Shown here: positions 38,007 to 50,232 of the stretch, piece after piece
Layout: each line of letters begins with the position of its first letter
Position numbering within the stretch: position 1 is the stretch's first letter
NCBI GenBank assembly: GCA_035084275.1
Contig: CM068757.1
Location: forward strand, 6,324,001-6,388,000
Source of the DNA: Hydrolagus colliei
Lineage: Eukaryota
Length of the DNA: 64,000 bases
Direction of reading: 5' to 3'
The notes under the pieces: generated by a model
Database searches by the model: none
What the model was told of the DNA's origin: nothing
The model's input: the letters and a program-made list of their open reading frames with translations, nothing else
Made by a program: the position numbers and the translations under genes

Positions 38007-38233
38007 TTAAGGTTGGTCTTGTGTCCCAATACTTGGCACCATCTTTGCCTTCTCTCTCCCAGCTGGAAATTTAGAGTCTCCTCTAGAATCATAGTCACTA
38101 GTGTCGGAATCAATCCGCTTGCTGTTTGTGCCATGTTTGGCTGGTGTACCTGGCGGGTGGGCAACTTGCCCATTGTTCTTCTCGTCTGAAAAAAGTTGTT
38201 TAATTACGTCAAAGAAGTTACTCAATGGGCTGC
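38007..38233 (-). CDS. BRSK2: BRSK2 terminal exon, long C-terminal isoform
   Basis: cccag acceptor; GSPLSNFFDVIKQLFSDEKNNGQVAHPPGTPAKH...GREKAKMVPSIGTQDQP*, matching the recalled human long isoform end. Internal in-frame acceptor at 38185. Confidence 0.93.
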
Positions 38234-38289
38234 CTGGGTATACAAACAGAAAGAAAAAAAGAAGAAACAAACAAATGAACAATGGGTCA

Positions 38290-38290
<1 letters not shown>

Positions 38291-38327
<37 letters not shown>
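38291..38327. repeat. (GA)n microsatellite
   Basis: Direct reading; one interruption. Confidence 0.95.
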
Positions 38328-38330
<3 letters not shown>

Positions 38331-39344
38331 AGATGAGATCCACAGCCACGGGGTGTCTAAAGGAAGAATCACCACAGCACTCAGCCTTTGAAGTTGCAGC
38401 TTTTCGCTTGGTTGGTCGATTTGGCTTTGATTTGCAGGTCGATACGTCCCAAATATAAGTTCGCTCGCAACTTAGCTTTTAAATGGCTTTGGAGTCTCAA
38501 TGTTTTTTCTGCTAACTTGAATGGAATTCGTTGACGGAAAGAATGGAAGAGAGCACTGAAGATGCTGGAAAAGGAGAGACTAAGTCTCCCGACGAGAAGG
38601 GATGTCGCTGAGAAACAATTTGAGTTCCTTCTGACACAATTTACTGGTACTGACGCCACAAATATTTCAGCATGGAAACTCTCCACTCTCTTACATCTTT
38701 CTGTGTTAAAGTCCGGCCCGGAGAAACAATTTATTTGCAAATAATTTTTTTTGTAAAAAGAAGAGGATTTTTAACCCTCTCCAGACCTGGAGTCTGGAGT
38801 AGCAGCAATTTACAGTGCCAAGCAAGCCAGGTCAATGAGCATTTAACAAGGTGGAACAGGCCATGCAACCCTGATGGGCATCATTTCATTGCTAAAGGGT
38901 CAAGGCCATCGGTATTTACCATCTCCACAGAAATGTCGTCGGATGTTTGAAGTAAAATGAGCACAAAACTGCGTTTGGGCCTTGTGAGAACTGGCTTCAT
39001 AGACTGGTCCATCCATCGCCCACAAGACGTGTCACTCCCCCACCCAGTTATAATACAAGATGAAACGGTTTGCAAACTGCCCTCTGCCAAGCGCTGAGGC
39101 TAAACCTGACACCTCCACTCTGTGACAGCTTCTCAGGATCTGCCACCGCGCTCAACATCCAATTGTTTTGCAGCTTAGATCAAATGCAATAATTAATAAC
39201 TGCCTCAAGTTCTCAACATCCTTAAAAAACACAGAGGTTAAATAAGCAGGGAACAAAAACTACCTAAACAGAAACTACCTGGTCTATTTTGCTTTTTGGA
39301 TTGAATTATATTTAAATTGTAAAGATGTCAATTTGCCTACAAAA

Positions 39345-39575
39345 CAGTTCAGATGGACAATATAAGATCCCATGACACTGTTCAAAATGAGAAGGGAGAT
39401 TCTTCTGACGCCTTGGCCAACAATCTCTCAGATAAAAAAAATTGGTCATTCACTTCATGGGTATTTGCTGAACGCAAATTGGTTGCATCATTTGCCTAAA
39501 ATGTGCACAGCCAGTACACTTCACAGTAAACCATGACAAGGTGCTATATCAAATGTAAGGAATAGATTATCCTTA
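39345..39575 (+). mobile_element. Diverged DeuSINE 3' half
   Basis: AAGATCCCATGACACTGTTC...TTGCTGAACGCAAATTGGTTGC...GGTGCTATATCAAATGTAAG. Confidence 0.65.
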
Positions 39576-40019
39576 TTATTGTCGCGCAGGTTGCAGATTA
39601 TCCACAATAAAAGCAGTCCGGTCCAACATTCAAAGTCTGTTTAAAATGAAAATTGTCCAAATCTGACAGTGTAGAGTTCCTATTATAACAATTAGGGATT
39701 TCTCCCCCTCCCCACCCCTCCCTCCAGGAATCTTTTCATAAAATTGATAGAGTGGACATTTATGTGATTAATAAGATCAGGATCGTTAGGTGTAGATAAT
39801 TGATCAGATTTTTAATCCCTCCTGGCATCCGCTTCTACAGCATCTACTGCCCTCAAACAGTCTGTCCAAGAGACAATTCCTCACATGCAAGACTATGCAG
39901 GACCTTGGGATGTCCTTCCAATGTGAAATGTGCTACATAAATGTAATTTGTTGTTATACACACACCTCTGTTTAGCTTGCAGGAAATAGGAACCTGATTG
40001 TTAGTCGATTGCCGTGGGT

Positions 40020-40448
40020 AATAATGCCTTAAAAATAAATTAAAAGAATTTGGTCACCCAATCCACAACTGTTTGTGGGACACTGCTGTGCACAATTGGC
40101 TGCTGTGTTTCACCCACAAGATATACGGTCAATTCACTTAACAGTATCGTCTGAGAAACGCTTTGAGACATCTCAAAGATGTGATCAGGCACTCAATCAA
40201 TCATCAATAATTACATTTATATAGCTCCTTTCACGTCGGGAGGACGTCCGAAAGCGCTGAACAGTCAGGTGGGTATCAGAGCGGGGGAGGGGGGGTGTCG
40301 AGGAAAGGAGAGTAGGAAAATTGACTGTATGTTTGTGGGCGAAACGTGGCAGCCAAATTGCACGCAGCAGTGTCCCACAAACAGTCATGGAAGTGGGGTT
40401 AGGGGAGGAAGGAGGCGAAAACGGCAATGCAAGGAATATTATTATTAT
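40020..40448. mobile_element. Nested pair: + strand SINE (40020-40192, resuming 40426-40448) interrupted by a - strand Deu/L2-tailed element (about 40195-40425)
   Basis: Host tail breaks after CAGGCACT and resumes AATGCAAGGAATATTATT; the insert matches 21440-21630. Confidence 0.8.
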
Positions 40449-42156
40449 GCAGTTCTATAGGGTTAGTGAGTTATGTGAACAAGGAGCGGTCATGCTGATC
40501 TGATCTTGTCCACATGAACAGCTTAAGCCTTCTCTCTGTGTTCAATTTAAGGCCAGAAAGAGAGCTGAAAATGCGGAGCGCTGAGCTCGGTAACAAGGAA
40601 AATGGCAAGCCAGCTGATAAAGGCTGCTCCTCAGGTTTCCAAACCACACTTGTTAATTAGCTCGGTTGATAATCTGATTACACTTGTCACGAGGCTACAA
40701 CGCAGGCAGCTGTCCTCCCGAGAGATTCCACCCCACACACAAAGGTCTGGTGCTCTGCCATCGAGCCCCACATGCGACACATGTTCTCACACCCGCTATC
40801 AAGAAGCGACAGAGGTTGGGAGCGAGGCCAATGTGCTGGGACTCAAGCTTACCCCTGGAGTGAAGATGTCCTGTGTCACCAGCTTTTGGCTAATCGCACA
40901 ACTTGACTCACCAGGCAAAGGACTTTGAGAGAACGTCCATTTCTCCAGGACAAGGCAGATATCATCATGAAAACCATCCGACACTACCTCAATCACTATT
41001 CTTATCTATTTTCATCCAAAATTTGGGATGAAACTCTTTGTACGCAAATAATATTGACGAAGCTTCCACACTCCTGTGCTGGGGGGTGGACGGGGTGGGG
41101 CACTTTTGAAAACTAGACAGTCAAGTTCAGCTTCAACACTATTGCTGCCTACCTTTCTCTGTTAATTCGCCCTTCTCCTCCTCCTCTCCTGAAGTTGCTA
41201 ACTCTCAGTGAGCTAATGTTCCACGGGCAGCTCAACAATACATTCTCCTAGTGACCATCCTCTGTGTGTCAGGCTGACAGTGAATACTCCTGGCCCTGAA
41301 TGGTAAGGTGCATCTGATATCGATTGGATTGAATTATAGGAACATTACACGCTCTTTAAACAACCGCTGTGTTCAGCTAAAAGGTTTCGCTTCCATTTCC
41401 GCTCGTCTTCAGCGTCTCGGATATGTTAATGCTGTCTGCTAACAGTCTCATCATAAGGCCATCTAATGCCTGATTATCATTAATGTGCCGCTGGAAGTGA
41501 CTGCATCGATCAGCCCCGTTTGTGTCCACGGATTCTGAGGCAGGGATGTGTTTGCACTTGGGTGTACAGCCAGCAAACAGATGCGGTGTGTCAGAATCCT
41601 TGTACCTCGGCAAAACCCACAGGACCCGATCATCTTCCTCTAATACACGGACGGAAAACATCAAATGAGCTCTGCATCTGTCCCCGGCCATCTGCCAAAG
41701 GAGCCCGTTGAACTCGGCCCTATTCCCTTATTAAAATACCTTGCCTGTGACAGGTTGATAGATTTATAACAAGTTTGAAGGGCCATTTCCCATTCTTTGT
41801 GGTGTTTAATTCTGGGCGCTTATCACATTCAACACAAAATTATTTGCTCGTCTTTTTGTTAGTTATTTAACCCTTGTGGCTGCTGAGGATATTGAATGCT
41901 CTTCATCAATCAATGGGACAGTTCCACTGAGATGAACATCATCAACCTAGCTGCCCATACACTCAGGCTGACTCCTTTGTGGCTTCACTAGTTATCAAAT
42001 TTAAATGTCTTCCGAATATTAAACTACTGTATTATACTACATTAATGGCAAAAGCACACACAGAGGAGGTAAACAAGAATGATTGCCTAAAGCCAAATAG
42101 CAGGCCAATAGGTAACTCAATACTCTACAATCCCCCCATTTGGAACTGGTGATGAA

Positions 42157-42345
42157 ATAATAATATAATAAAAACAATCCTTCCATTTGATGTAGGGCTT
42201 TTCATGTCTTTTAGATATCTCAAAGCACTTCACAGAATATACAATACAGTGAATGACTGTAGTATATTTTGTGGGTGAAATGCTGCAGCCAATTGCACAC
42301 AGCAGTGTCCCACAAACAGTTGTGGATTGAGTGGCCAAATCATAT
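42157..42345 (-). mobile_element. 5'-truncated copy of the main SINE
   Basis: CATTTGATGTAGGGC...GCAGCCAATTGCACACAGCAGTGTCCCACAAAC. Confidence 0.85.
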
Positions 42346-42759
42346 TTTTTTGGGGTGAGAGATTATTATTAGTACAGCCCACTGTTGTGAAACATACAGG
42401 TGTTTGAAGGCCAGCAGCTTTGTAAAACCAGAACTTCAAAAGCCCATTGGGTTTGCGTTCATCAGAATCAGCCGAAAGTGGCATTTAATTACATACTAAA
42501 GATAAATACTTTCCTAATGCATCACCCTGAGGGGTTTAAATAATGGCAGATTTGAGTGATACTTTCAACTAAACCCAACAAGAAAATTTAATACGATGTT
42601 GCCTATAAACAAAGCTCGAAAAAACATCACAAAGAATTACCTGAGCACCTCAAGAAGTCCTACACTTACACCCAAGTTACTTAGTTATCAATGAATCAAT
42701 TAATCAAAACTTACATTCATATAGCGCCTTTCACATCGAAATATATATATAGTTATATG

Positions 42760-43020
42760 GGTGTAGCCCAGCTCAGTTCACAGCACTATTACCTCTGACT
42801 CAAACGGCTGTGGGTCTCAGGTTCACTTGGGGTCTATGAGCTAAAGGTTGAGGCTAACACTCCCCAACAAGGGGAGTACTCTAATATCAAAGGTGACATC
42901 CTTCGGGTGAGATGTTAAACTAAGGTCCAATCTCCTTATTCAAGGTAGATATTAAAGATCTCATGACATTATTTGAAGAGTATACAATGCTCCCGGAGTC
43001 CTGGCTAATAAACACCCACA
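42760..43020 (+). mobile_element. Diverged DeuSINE 5' part
   Basis: GCTCAGTT...GGCTAACACTCC...GAGATGTTAAACTAAGG...AAAGATCTCATGACATTATTTGAAGA. Confidence 0.65.
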
Positions 43021-43764
43021 GAAAAAAAAAGAGTCATAAATCCTTGTCCCGAGCCTTCCGAACAATTCCCCTGGGAGGACGGACATCGGGCCCAGGGGAG
43101 AGCAGTGAATAAGCTTCAACCAAACATTTGCGCTGATAATGCACCAAACAATTGGTCGAAATAATAATTGCGTTATTTTAGTCTCAAACCACGGAATACA
43201 CAACATCCTAATCTGTCCAGGAAGACACCAGGTTACAAACATCAGTAAGATGAACGCTGAATGAGAATGAGCTTGCTGGGCCTCACCATCATGACCCATT
43301 CGCCCGCAGAGCGCTGCCTGTGGTGATGCATTAGTTTGCGGTAGTGATCTCCGTGGTAACAGCGCTGGGCAGAATTTCAGCCCCGCAAATATTGCAGGGA
43401 AAACACCGACCGAACAATGGCCTGTTAGTCGGTAGCTAGCTTAGCAACGGGGGAATGCAAAACCGTAATAAACTCTAACATGCTGCAGCATCGATTTACA
43501 GAGGATCCGATTATTAACCCAGCACTCCCAAGCACACCCAAGGTACTTAGTTATACGTGTGCAGGTTTTCATCAGCTTCTCTCAGGAGTACTGCTGTTTG
43601 AGATATTATCGCTTTGTGGAAAGAAGCTAGTGGGGTCTCTAGCAGAGCAGGGTGAGCGCAGGGAGCGCTGCAGAAGTCAATCCCTTGCTGTCCGACCCTG
43701 AGGCTGTGCCCACAGATTTCTGACATTTTGGCAATCTTCTGAAATGAGTTCTGCTTTCTGAAAG

Positions 43765-44243
43765 AGAGAGGTCAGGTGGAACATCTTCACGCAGAGCTTG
43801 ATGGGATTGTGGAACTCCCTGGCGGGAGCCGTGATCGGGGCAGAAAGTATCACGGCTTTTAAGAGCACACACGAGAGAGAAGGAAATAGGGGAGTTTTTT
43901 ATTTATTTTGGGGGGGGTGGGGGGGGTCGGCAAGTGACTGACACGCACTGAAATCCATTTGCGTGGTTGCGTATTCAAACCAAACTGAGAATTCCATGTG
44001 GTCTCCCTACATATGGAAATTCCAGGGATAGATTGTTGGAATGGAATGGAATGTGCACTCTCTCCCTGGAAGGACACATCGTGTTTACTTCATTCCGGAA
44101 AGTATTAGGCTCAGGTTGGAAAGAGCCAAGGCTTGGGATTCCGGAGATGAAGGGAATAGAGGATATATGTAGAATACAAACACCAGCATGGACTAGCTAG
44201 GCCGAGTAGTCTGTTTCAGTGCTGTGGACTATGTAATTCTATC
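43765..44243 (+). mobile_element. Old CR1 3' fragments (two pieces)
   Basis: REVRWNIFTQSLMGLWNSLAGAVIGAESITAFK at about 43765-43865; tail GGCCGAGTAGTCTGTTTCAGTGCTGT...AATTCTAT at about 44200-44243. Confidence 0.65.
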
Positions 44244-45639
44244 AACACACTAAAGAGTTTTGAATCCCTTTTTCCTCCAAATTTTAAACGAGGCACTTCT
44301 CTTAGCTTTTACCGTTCAACTCTGCATTACCCAACTGAACTGGCTCGTGTTCCAGCCTATGAGAAGAATGAATTACTGCTTGCCTCTGTATCAAAATATT
44401 GTTGCAAGATCACTAATCACATAGCTGGAGATAGTATTTATGAACAGAATGTCTAACGCAAGTCTATTATCTACAGGCGTTGAGTGCTTGGTAGATTCAG
44501 GTCTGTAATTCAGGTAATGTTTACAATTTGGACACATCATTTCAATTTACGCTAACATTCAATGCATCTGGTTTGTTCGGCCGTGATAATCAGTTATCCT
44601 TTCTGTAATACAGGCCTACTAGAAATGAACAGACAGCTCTCATTTCCAAACACCAGGTTAATCTAATTCATTATTTTCCACAGCTCACCACACTGAGCAA
44701 ATTGAGACACCATTTGCTCATCAATACCCCCAGATAATTATATCTTATTTACTTTTCCTCTGTTGTGTCTTTCCATATATGGGTGCACAAGGGATCTTAT
44801 GATTTATTCATGTATTCTGCTGATACTGATAAGTGGTGTGTGTTTGCATAAGTCCGATAATATTCTCTTCTGTTAACTTCGCATCTGCCAGAATGACTCA
44901 TTTTTATGCAAACAGTTTACTCAACGTGAGTATGACTCGAGAATGAATGCAGAGCAACAAAACACGCTTCAGGTACAAGTGACTTATGATTTGCGCTTTC
45001 GTTAATCTGATCGCTCCAATGCTTCAGAAACATCGAATGTCAAATGAGACTTGCTTATCCAGCAGATTTTTTCATTTTGGAGAATTCATCTGCTGCGAAA
45101 ATGGCTCGATTATCGAGTCATGGCAGGGTTGCAAAGATAATGTACAGACGCAGCTGAACTGCTTGGAGAGTCATGGTTGAGTAAAGGAGCAAGAGAGATA
45201 ATGGAATTATTTGGTAATTTGTCATCAGTTATTTCTTGTCTAACATAAAGCTAATCATGTATATAGATGCATTCTGTCATGCCTATAAGTGATTTAAGTT
45301 CCATCCTTGTTTACTGGATGTCAGTATATCTACATATTAATATGTTTTGAAATGAAACCTTCCAGTCTATGAGTTAAAGAATAGCAGGAATATCAAACGC
45401 GGCTGCAGACACATGAGAACGTCTCACACCAGAAGCAAAACAAAATGGTTGTTGCCTTCAAAGTCACTTTGAGCCCAAGATCTAGAACAAGCAGCTTCCG
45501 AAATGGGAGCTCATTTACAAATTGCTTGATGCTGCGATGGGGGGGATGTGCTGGAGAGATGAGATCAGATGGCCAAAGGGCCTTCTTCATCCAGATCAAT
45601 ATATGATCTTGATAGACAATGTAAATGTCAGATTACCAG

Positions 45640-45900
45640 CAAACTAAGGGTGAGATCAGGAGAATGATTTGTTTTATAAACACATATGCACGCATGCAAT
45701 TGTTAGGACATTACTAAAAGCTGTAGTTGAAGCAGAAACTATAATAGATTTTTTTAAACAATCCAATAAAAAAAATAATCAGGGATGATGGGGAAATGAC
45801 AGTGAAGCTGGACTAAACTGGTAGTCAATTCAGAGGTCTGACATTGGATACCATAGGCAGAATGCCTCCTTCTATGCTGTAAAATCAATGATTCCATGTA
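45640..45900 (+). mobile_element. Old CR1 3' fragment
   Basis: GGTGAGATCAGGAGAATG...GTTGAAGCAGAAAC...GGCAGAATGCCTCCTTCTATGCTGTAAAATCAATGATTCCATG parallels the 5101 copy. Confidence 0.65.
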
Positions 45901-48115
45901 GTGGACAGAGACAGTGAATCTGCAATAGAATAATGCTGAATAACAATACTAATAAAGATTATCCAAAAAATAGCATCTGCAATTGCGATCAATGTAGTCC
46001 TGGGGGTTCCTAGACTGTGTAAACCACTCAAGCATGGTTCTCACAGCAAAGCCTTCAGCTAAATCCTTCAAGTGTGTAATTGTCTTGCAACATATTTCCA
46101 GCCTTGTATTTTCTCTGTATAATATGTGTTGTATTGGTTTACCTTTAAGTTGTCAGTCAGCCTTAGTAATATCCCTGGGATTGTGGGCTCTAGTAACAAC
46201 AGTAACCTATGGTTTTAGTTATACTTAGGTGGTGAACTGACAACATTGAAGTTTGACGAAGTTTCGCATTACTAACTCAAGGTAAGAAAGAAAGCTTTTC
46301 TTTCCAACGCTAAGATGTGGGATCACAGAGCTTTGAAGCTCTCCCTCTCATCTCCATCCAGCCAGAGGAGCAGCTTTGGTATCAATTGGCTGCATAGACT
46401 TCCCTAGGCAGGTAGCAGCACTGTAATCGTTGAGTGAAATAACCTCAAAGTAAGCGGATGTGTGAAAGCCGCTTTCAAAATGACTGACATCCCAGCCAGT
46501 AAATGAAAACAGGGCAGTTTGCACAAGGCAGTGGGCCTATGGAAAGGCAGAGGGGATGTGCTTTAGGAACAGTCCTCTAACACAAACAAGGCTTTGAACA
46601 AACAGGGCGGGCGTGTGCAGGTGTACAGCTTGTTCTCGCCAAGGAATTCTGAGTACAAAAGTGTTTTTTTCTCATCTCATTTAACGGTGCTCAATCAGTG
46701 TGGATGTCGCTCTCCTGAACTATCCGTTACTTTTTCATGCTTGAATCCTCAAGATATAGGGATGCCAGGGGCTCAAGTACCTGGATGGACCACATCATTC
46801 ATCCAGTGGATTAAGAACGAGACGCTGTAACCCTGCATTGCTCATTTGTTATACTCCTAAGGACCCAGGTTGCAGCCCTGATCTGCGCTGAGCTAGTGTA
46901 ACATCATCCGCAATGTACCAGACTGGAGACAGAGTTAAAATCCCTCTCCAAATAAACAGGCAGAATGGACAAACCCTCCCCTCCCAATAATTTGTTTGGG
47001 AAAATACATAATTATGGGTGTCGGAGGAACACTAGGCTCACGTGTAGTGTGTTCACTGGTCAAAACCTTTTTCTACTCCACTTTACAGCTGAAGGAAAGA
47101 GTTAAAGTATTGTAGGCAGTTGGCACCCATGATCCATACAAGCTGAACGGGAGGGTAGGAAGAAGGAAGTGGGTGCAGAGTTTTTTTTAAAAGTCTACAA
47201 AATTTGTTTAGAAAACATTGTACCAGATTTTGTAAAGGTGCAAACAGTTTGCTTCCACAAATCCTTGCGGCTGACATATGCACGCGTTGAAATATAAAAG
47301 AGAAGACAAAACGATTGGATGTTCGACAAGATCTGGGTTTGAAGATCTGGGTTTTTAAGCACCAAATTCACCAGGTCAGTGAGGTTTAGAAGCAGCTTGA
47401 TCGAGCTTTGTCGATGTGGTAAAATATTTTTGAAAAGGACAATGTGGCCAATTGTTTAATGTTGTTGTCCTTAAAACAATCTGGATCTCAAACCAAAATA
47501 ATACCCTGAGAAAAAAATAGCATTCCCCCCCAGACACCATCCATTTTTACTAGAGCTTACATAGAGAAGATGAATTTCCTACATTTCAACCATCATTGCC
47601 CATAACACAGCTCCTTCAGTGACCTTATTATAAATCAGCTTAGGTTGGAGCAGGAGAGATTTTGAACCGCAATCACCGCTGGCTTTGCCACTCGCTCTAT
47701 CATTGTTTCTCCAGCTGAGTTACGCAGGCTGGCCTCTCCACTCCGTAGAAAAACCCACGCAGCCTATAAATCTGTCCCCCCTCCAGCCGCTCTGGCCTGA
47801 GCTTGCTGAGCATTACAATTTCCACCTTACTGCCTGGATAATACATTAGTAATGAAGGTGAAAGTGATCACCTTGTCAAAAGTTGAGCAAAGAAGAAAAA
47901 ATGTAGACCCCTTCAGAAACTGGCTTACCATCACATCCTGTGTACCGTGTGCCTGGCTCATTTGCTAATCTTAAAATATCTGAAGATAACCTCGGGCCCA
48001 GCCCAGCCCACAAAGGGGTCATATTTTCAAGAACAAATACCTAAGCAGCAAAACGAGCTCGTAACACATCCCGGCACTAATCTACATAGAATTGATTGTC
48101 CCATCAATCGTATTT

Positions 48116-48449
48116 GGAGCTCGTGTAGCTCAGTGGTTAGAGCACTCGCCTTACAGGTGTGAGACCCGTGTTCGAATCCAGGCAGGTCAGGGTGAAACCT
48201 TGGGCAAGTTTCCTTACTCCACACGCATAATAATAATCCCTCCAAAAAAGAACACAATAACGAAAAAAAATTGGTCATTTTCAATCCGCGACTGTTTGTG
48301 GGACACTGCTGTGCATAATTGGCTGCCGTGTTTCGCCGACAAATATACAGCCAATTCACTTTACAGTACATTCTGTGAAACGCTTTGAGAACGTTGATAA
48401 GATGCGAAAAGAGCTAATATCAAATGCAAGGATTATTTATTTATTATTT
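48116..48449 (+). mobile_element. Full-length tRNA-derived SINE, same family, intact Pol III boxes
   Basis: A box TAGCTCAGTGG 48126-48136, B box GTTCGAATCC 48170-48179; body and tail as in 13439-13768. Confidence 0.92.
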
Positions 48450-48964
48450 ACGCATTTAATAGTACTATTGTTCCTTCGGGCCCAAATCCCCGATTGTCCA
48501 AGTGTCTTGGGACGTCCTCCCGACGTGAAAGGCACAATACAAATGTAGTTTGTTGCTGATTGTTGGTTTGCCAGCACGCTTCCGCACACAAATACACGCC
48601 CGTGTTTGTCTGAACTTCATCGTGGTGCAAGTGATTGTCGATGCTGAAAGACTGCCTGAATGAACCACCTGGCTGAGACTCATCGATTTTAAACTGTACT
48701 CGGGGCGATTCGAATGTGTGTACCCTGTCATATTCCTTCTGCTCCACTAATCGTGGAGAGGCACAGGCAACAGAAACAGTACAAGTTCCGCTAACCGCTC
48801 ACCTGTATTCCCAGGTAAGGAGCAGTCAGGTGTCAAATGCTATATTCATAGATGGATGGTAGGGGAGCAATGGGGGGTGGGGGGAAAGAGGAGGAAGAAA
48901 GCAAAGATTATTACCTAGACTACCATAGATTATTTTAGTTTAGTCACACAAATGTTTGCATTAT

Positions 48965-49141
48965 TATTCACTTTATAGTATAATCTGTGAAGCGCTCTGA
49001 ATCATCTCGAAGGTGTGATAAGGCGCTACATCAAATAATAATAATAATCCTTGCATTTGGTATAGCGCTTTGCACATCTTATCGATGTCTCAAAGCGCTT
49101 CACAGAATATACTGTAAAGTAATGCAAGTGTTATTATTATC
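48965..49141. mobile_element. Two SINE tails in opposite orientation, one nested in the other
   Basis: + tail to AGGCGCTACATCAAAT, - tail 49035-49120, then AATGCAAGTGTTATTATTAT resumes. Confidence 0.8.
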
Positions 49142-49503
49142 ATACTGATTGTATGTTTAGGTATTGAGTGCGGTAAACACCTTCTTCAGGTAACCAACTC
49201 CAACATAAAAAAAAGTTACTTAGTTACTTAAACATCTTGAATTTAAATCAGTAATCGGTATCAGTGATGCTAATACACTAAAAAAAATCCCTTACTGGAG
49301 TTTTAAAAATGAAACATTATTTAACCTTGTACAGTAATTCAAACTGCTCGCCAGCCTTGTATATACAGGGGATTCCACTTATCAACACACACAGTAGCCA
49401 TTTCATCCAAAAACAAAACTCACTCACAGCTTTTGCTATGCACTAGGATTTTGACGCAAAGCAACACATTTCATGTCAACTAAGCCCTGTTGTTTCTCAC
49501 ACA

Positions 49504-49527
49504 CTCTCTCTCTCTCTCTCTCTCTCT
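49504..49527. repeat. (CT)n microsatellite
   Basis: Direct reading. Confidence 0.95.
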
Positions 49528-50201
49528 GTGTTTTGGGAGTTTATCTTTGCGCGCTTGAAAATAACTGTGAAAATGCTCATTCGATTAACTTGAAAGTGAA
49601 TGTGAGCGAATCTGCAAAACCTGTCAACAAATGACCTACTGTGTACTATGGAGTGGAAGAGCACCCATTGGGCAAATCACTAGCTCCATGCTGTGAATCA
49701 GCAGTGAATCGCTGCTCAGGAGACGTATGGTAGATGTACCTCATCCTATTTAGGGTTCAAAGTGCCTTTAGCGCTTGGAGTCCGGATTTCAGATTGAAAA
49801 CCTGCACGCACTGAGATTCATTTGCTCCCAGTTTCCGGTTCAGTCATCTGAAACAAGCCGATTTCAAAGAGCTAAACGCCGCCAGTGCAACTGATCAGTT
49901 GCGTCAGTCCAGGACTGAACCACGGGGATTCAGTCAAATTCGAATAGATCCAAGCTGGCCCTATCTGTAGCAATTTGTATTTGGATATGACTTGCAAATG
50001 CCATGCCAGCAGGGCCCACCGACAGTGAAGCCAGATTACATGCTGCAGCACAGCAGCCATCTCGTTGTCAGCAGTTTATGGGATTAACTGATGTTGTGCT
50101 CTTTGTAAACTGGGCAGAAACTCGCTCTCAACTTCCATCAGGCAGCCCAGCATTCAAAAAACCTGGACCAGAACAGAACATGTAGATTTTCTTTTGGTGT
50201 G

Positions 50202-50232
50202 GGAGGTGGGGGGTGGGGGGGGGGGGGGGGGG
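50202..50232. repeat. G-rich run / poly-G
   Basis: Direct reading. Confidence 0.9.

Noticed and set aside
47327-47353. Direct repeat AAGATCTGGGTTT x2
   Set aside because: Simple local slippage duplication with no element between the copies.
48116-48190. tRNA gene (Val-TAC-like loop); also 13439-13512
   Set aside because: No convincing acceptor stem, and it continues into a multicopy SINE body, so it is a SINE head.
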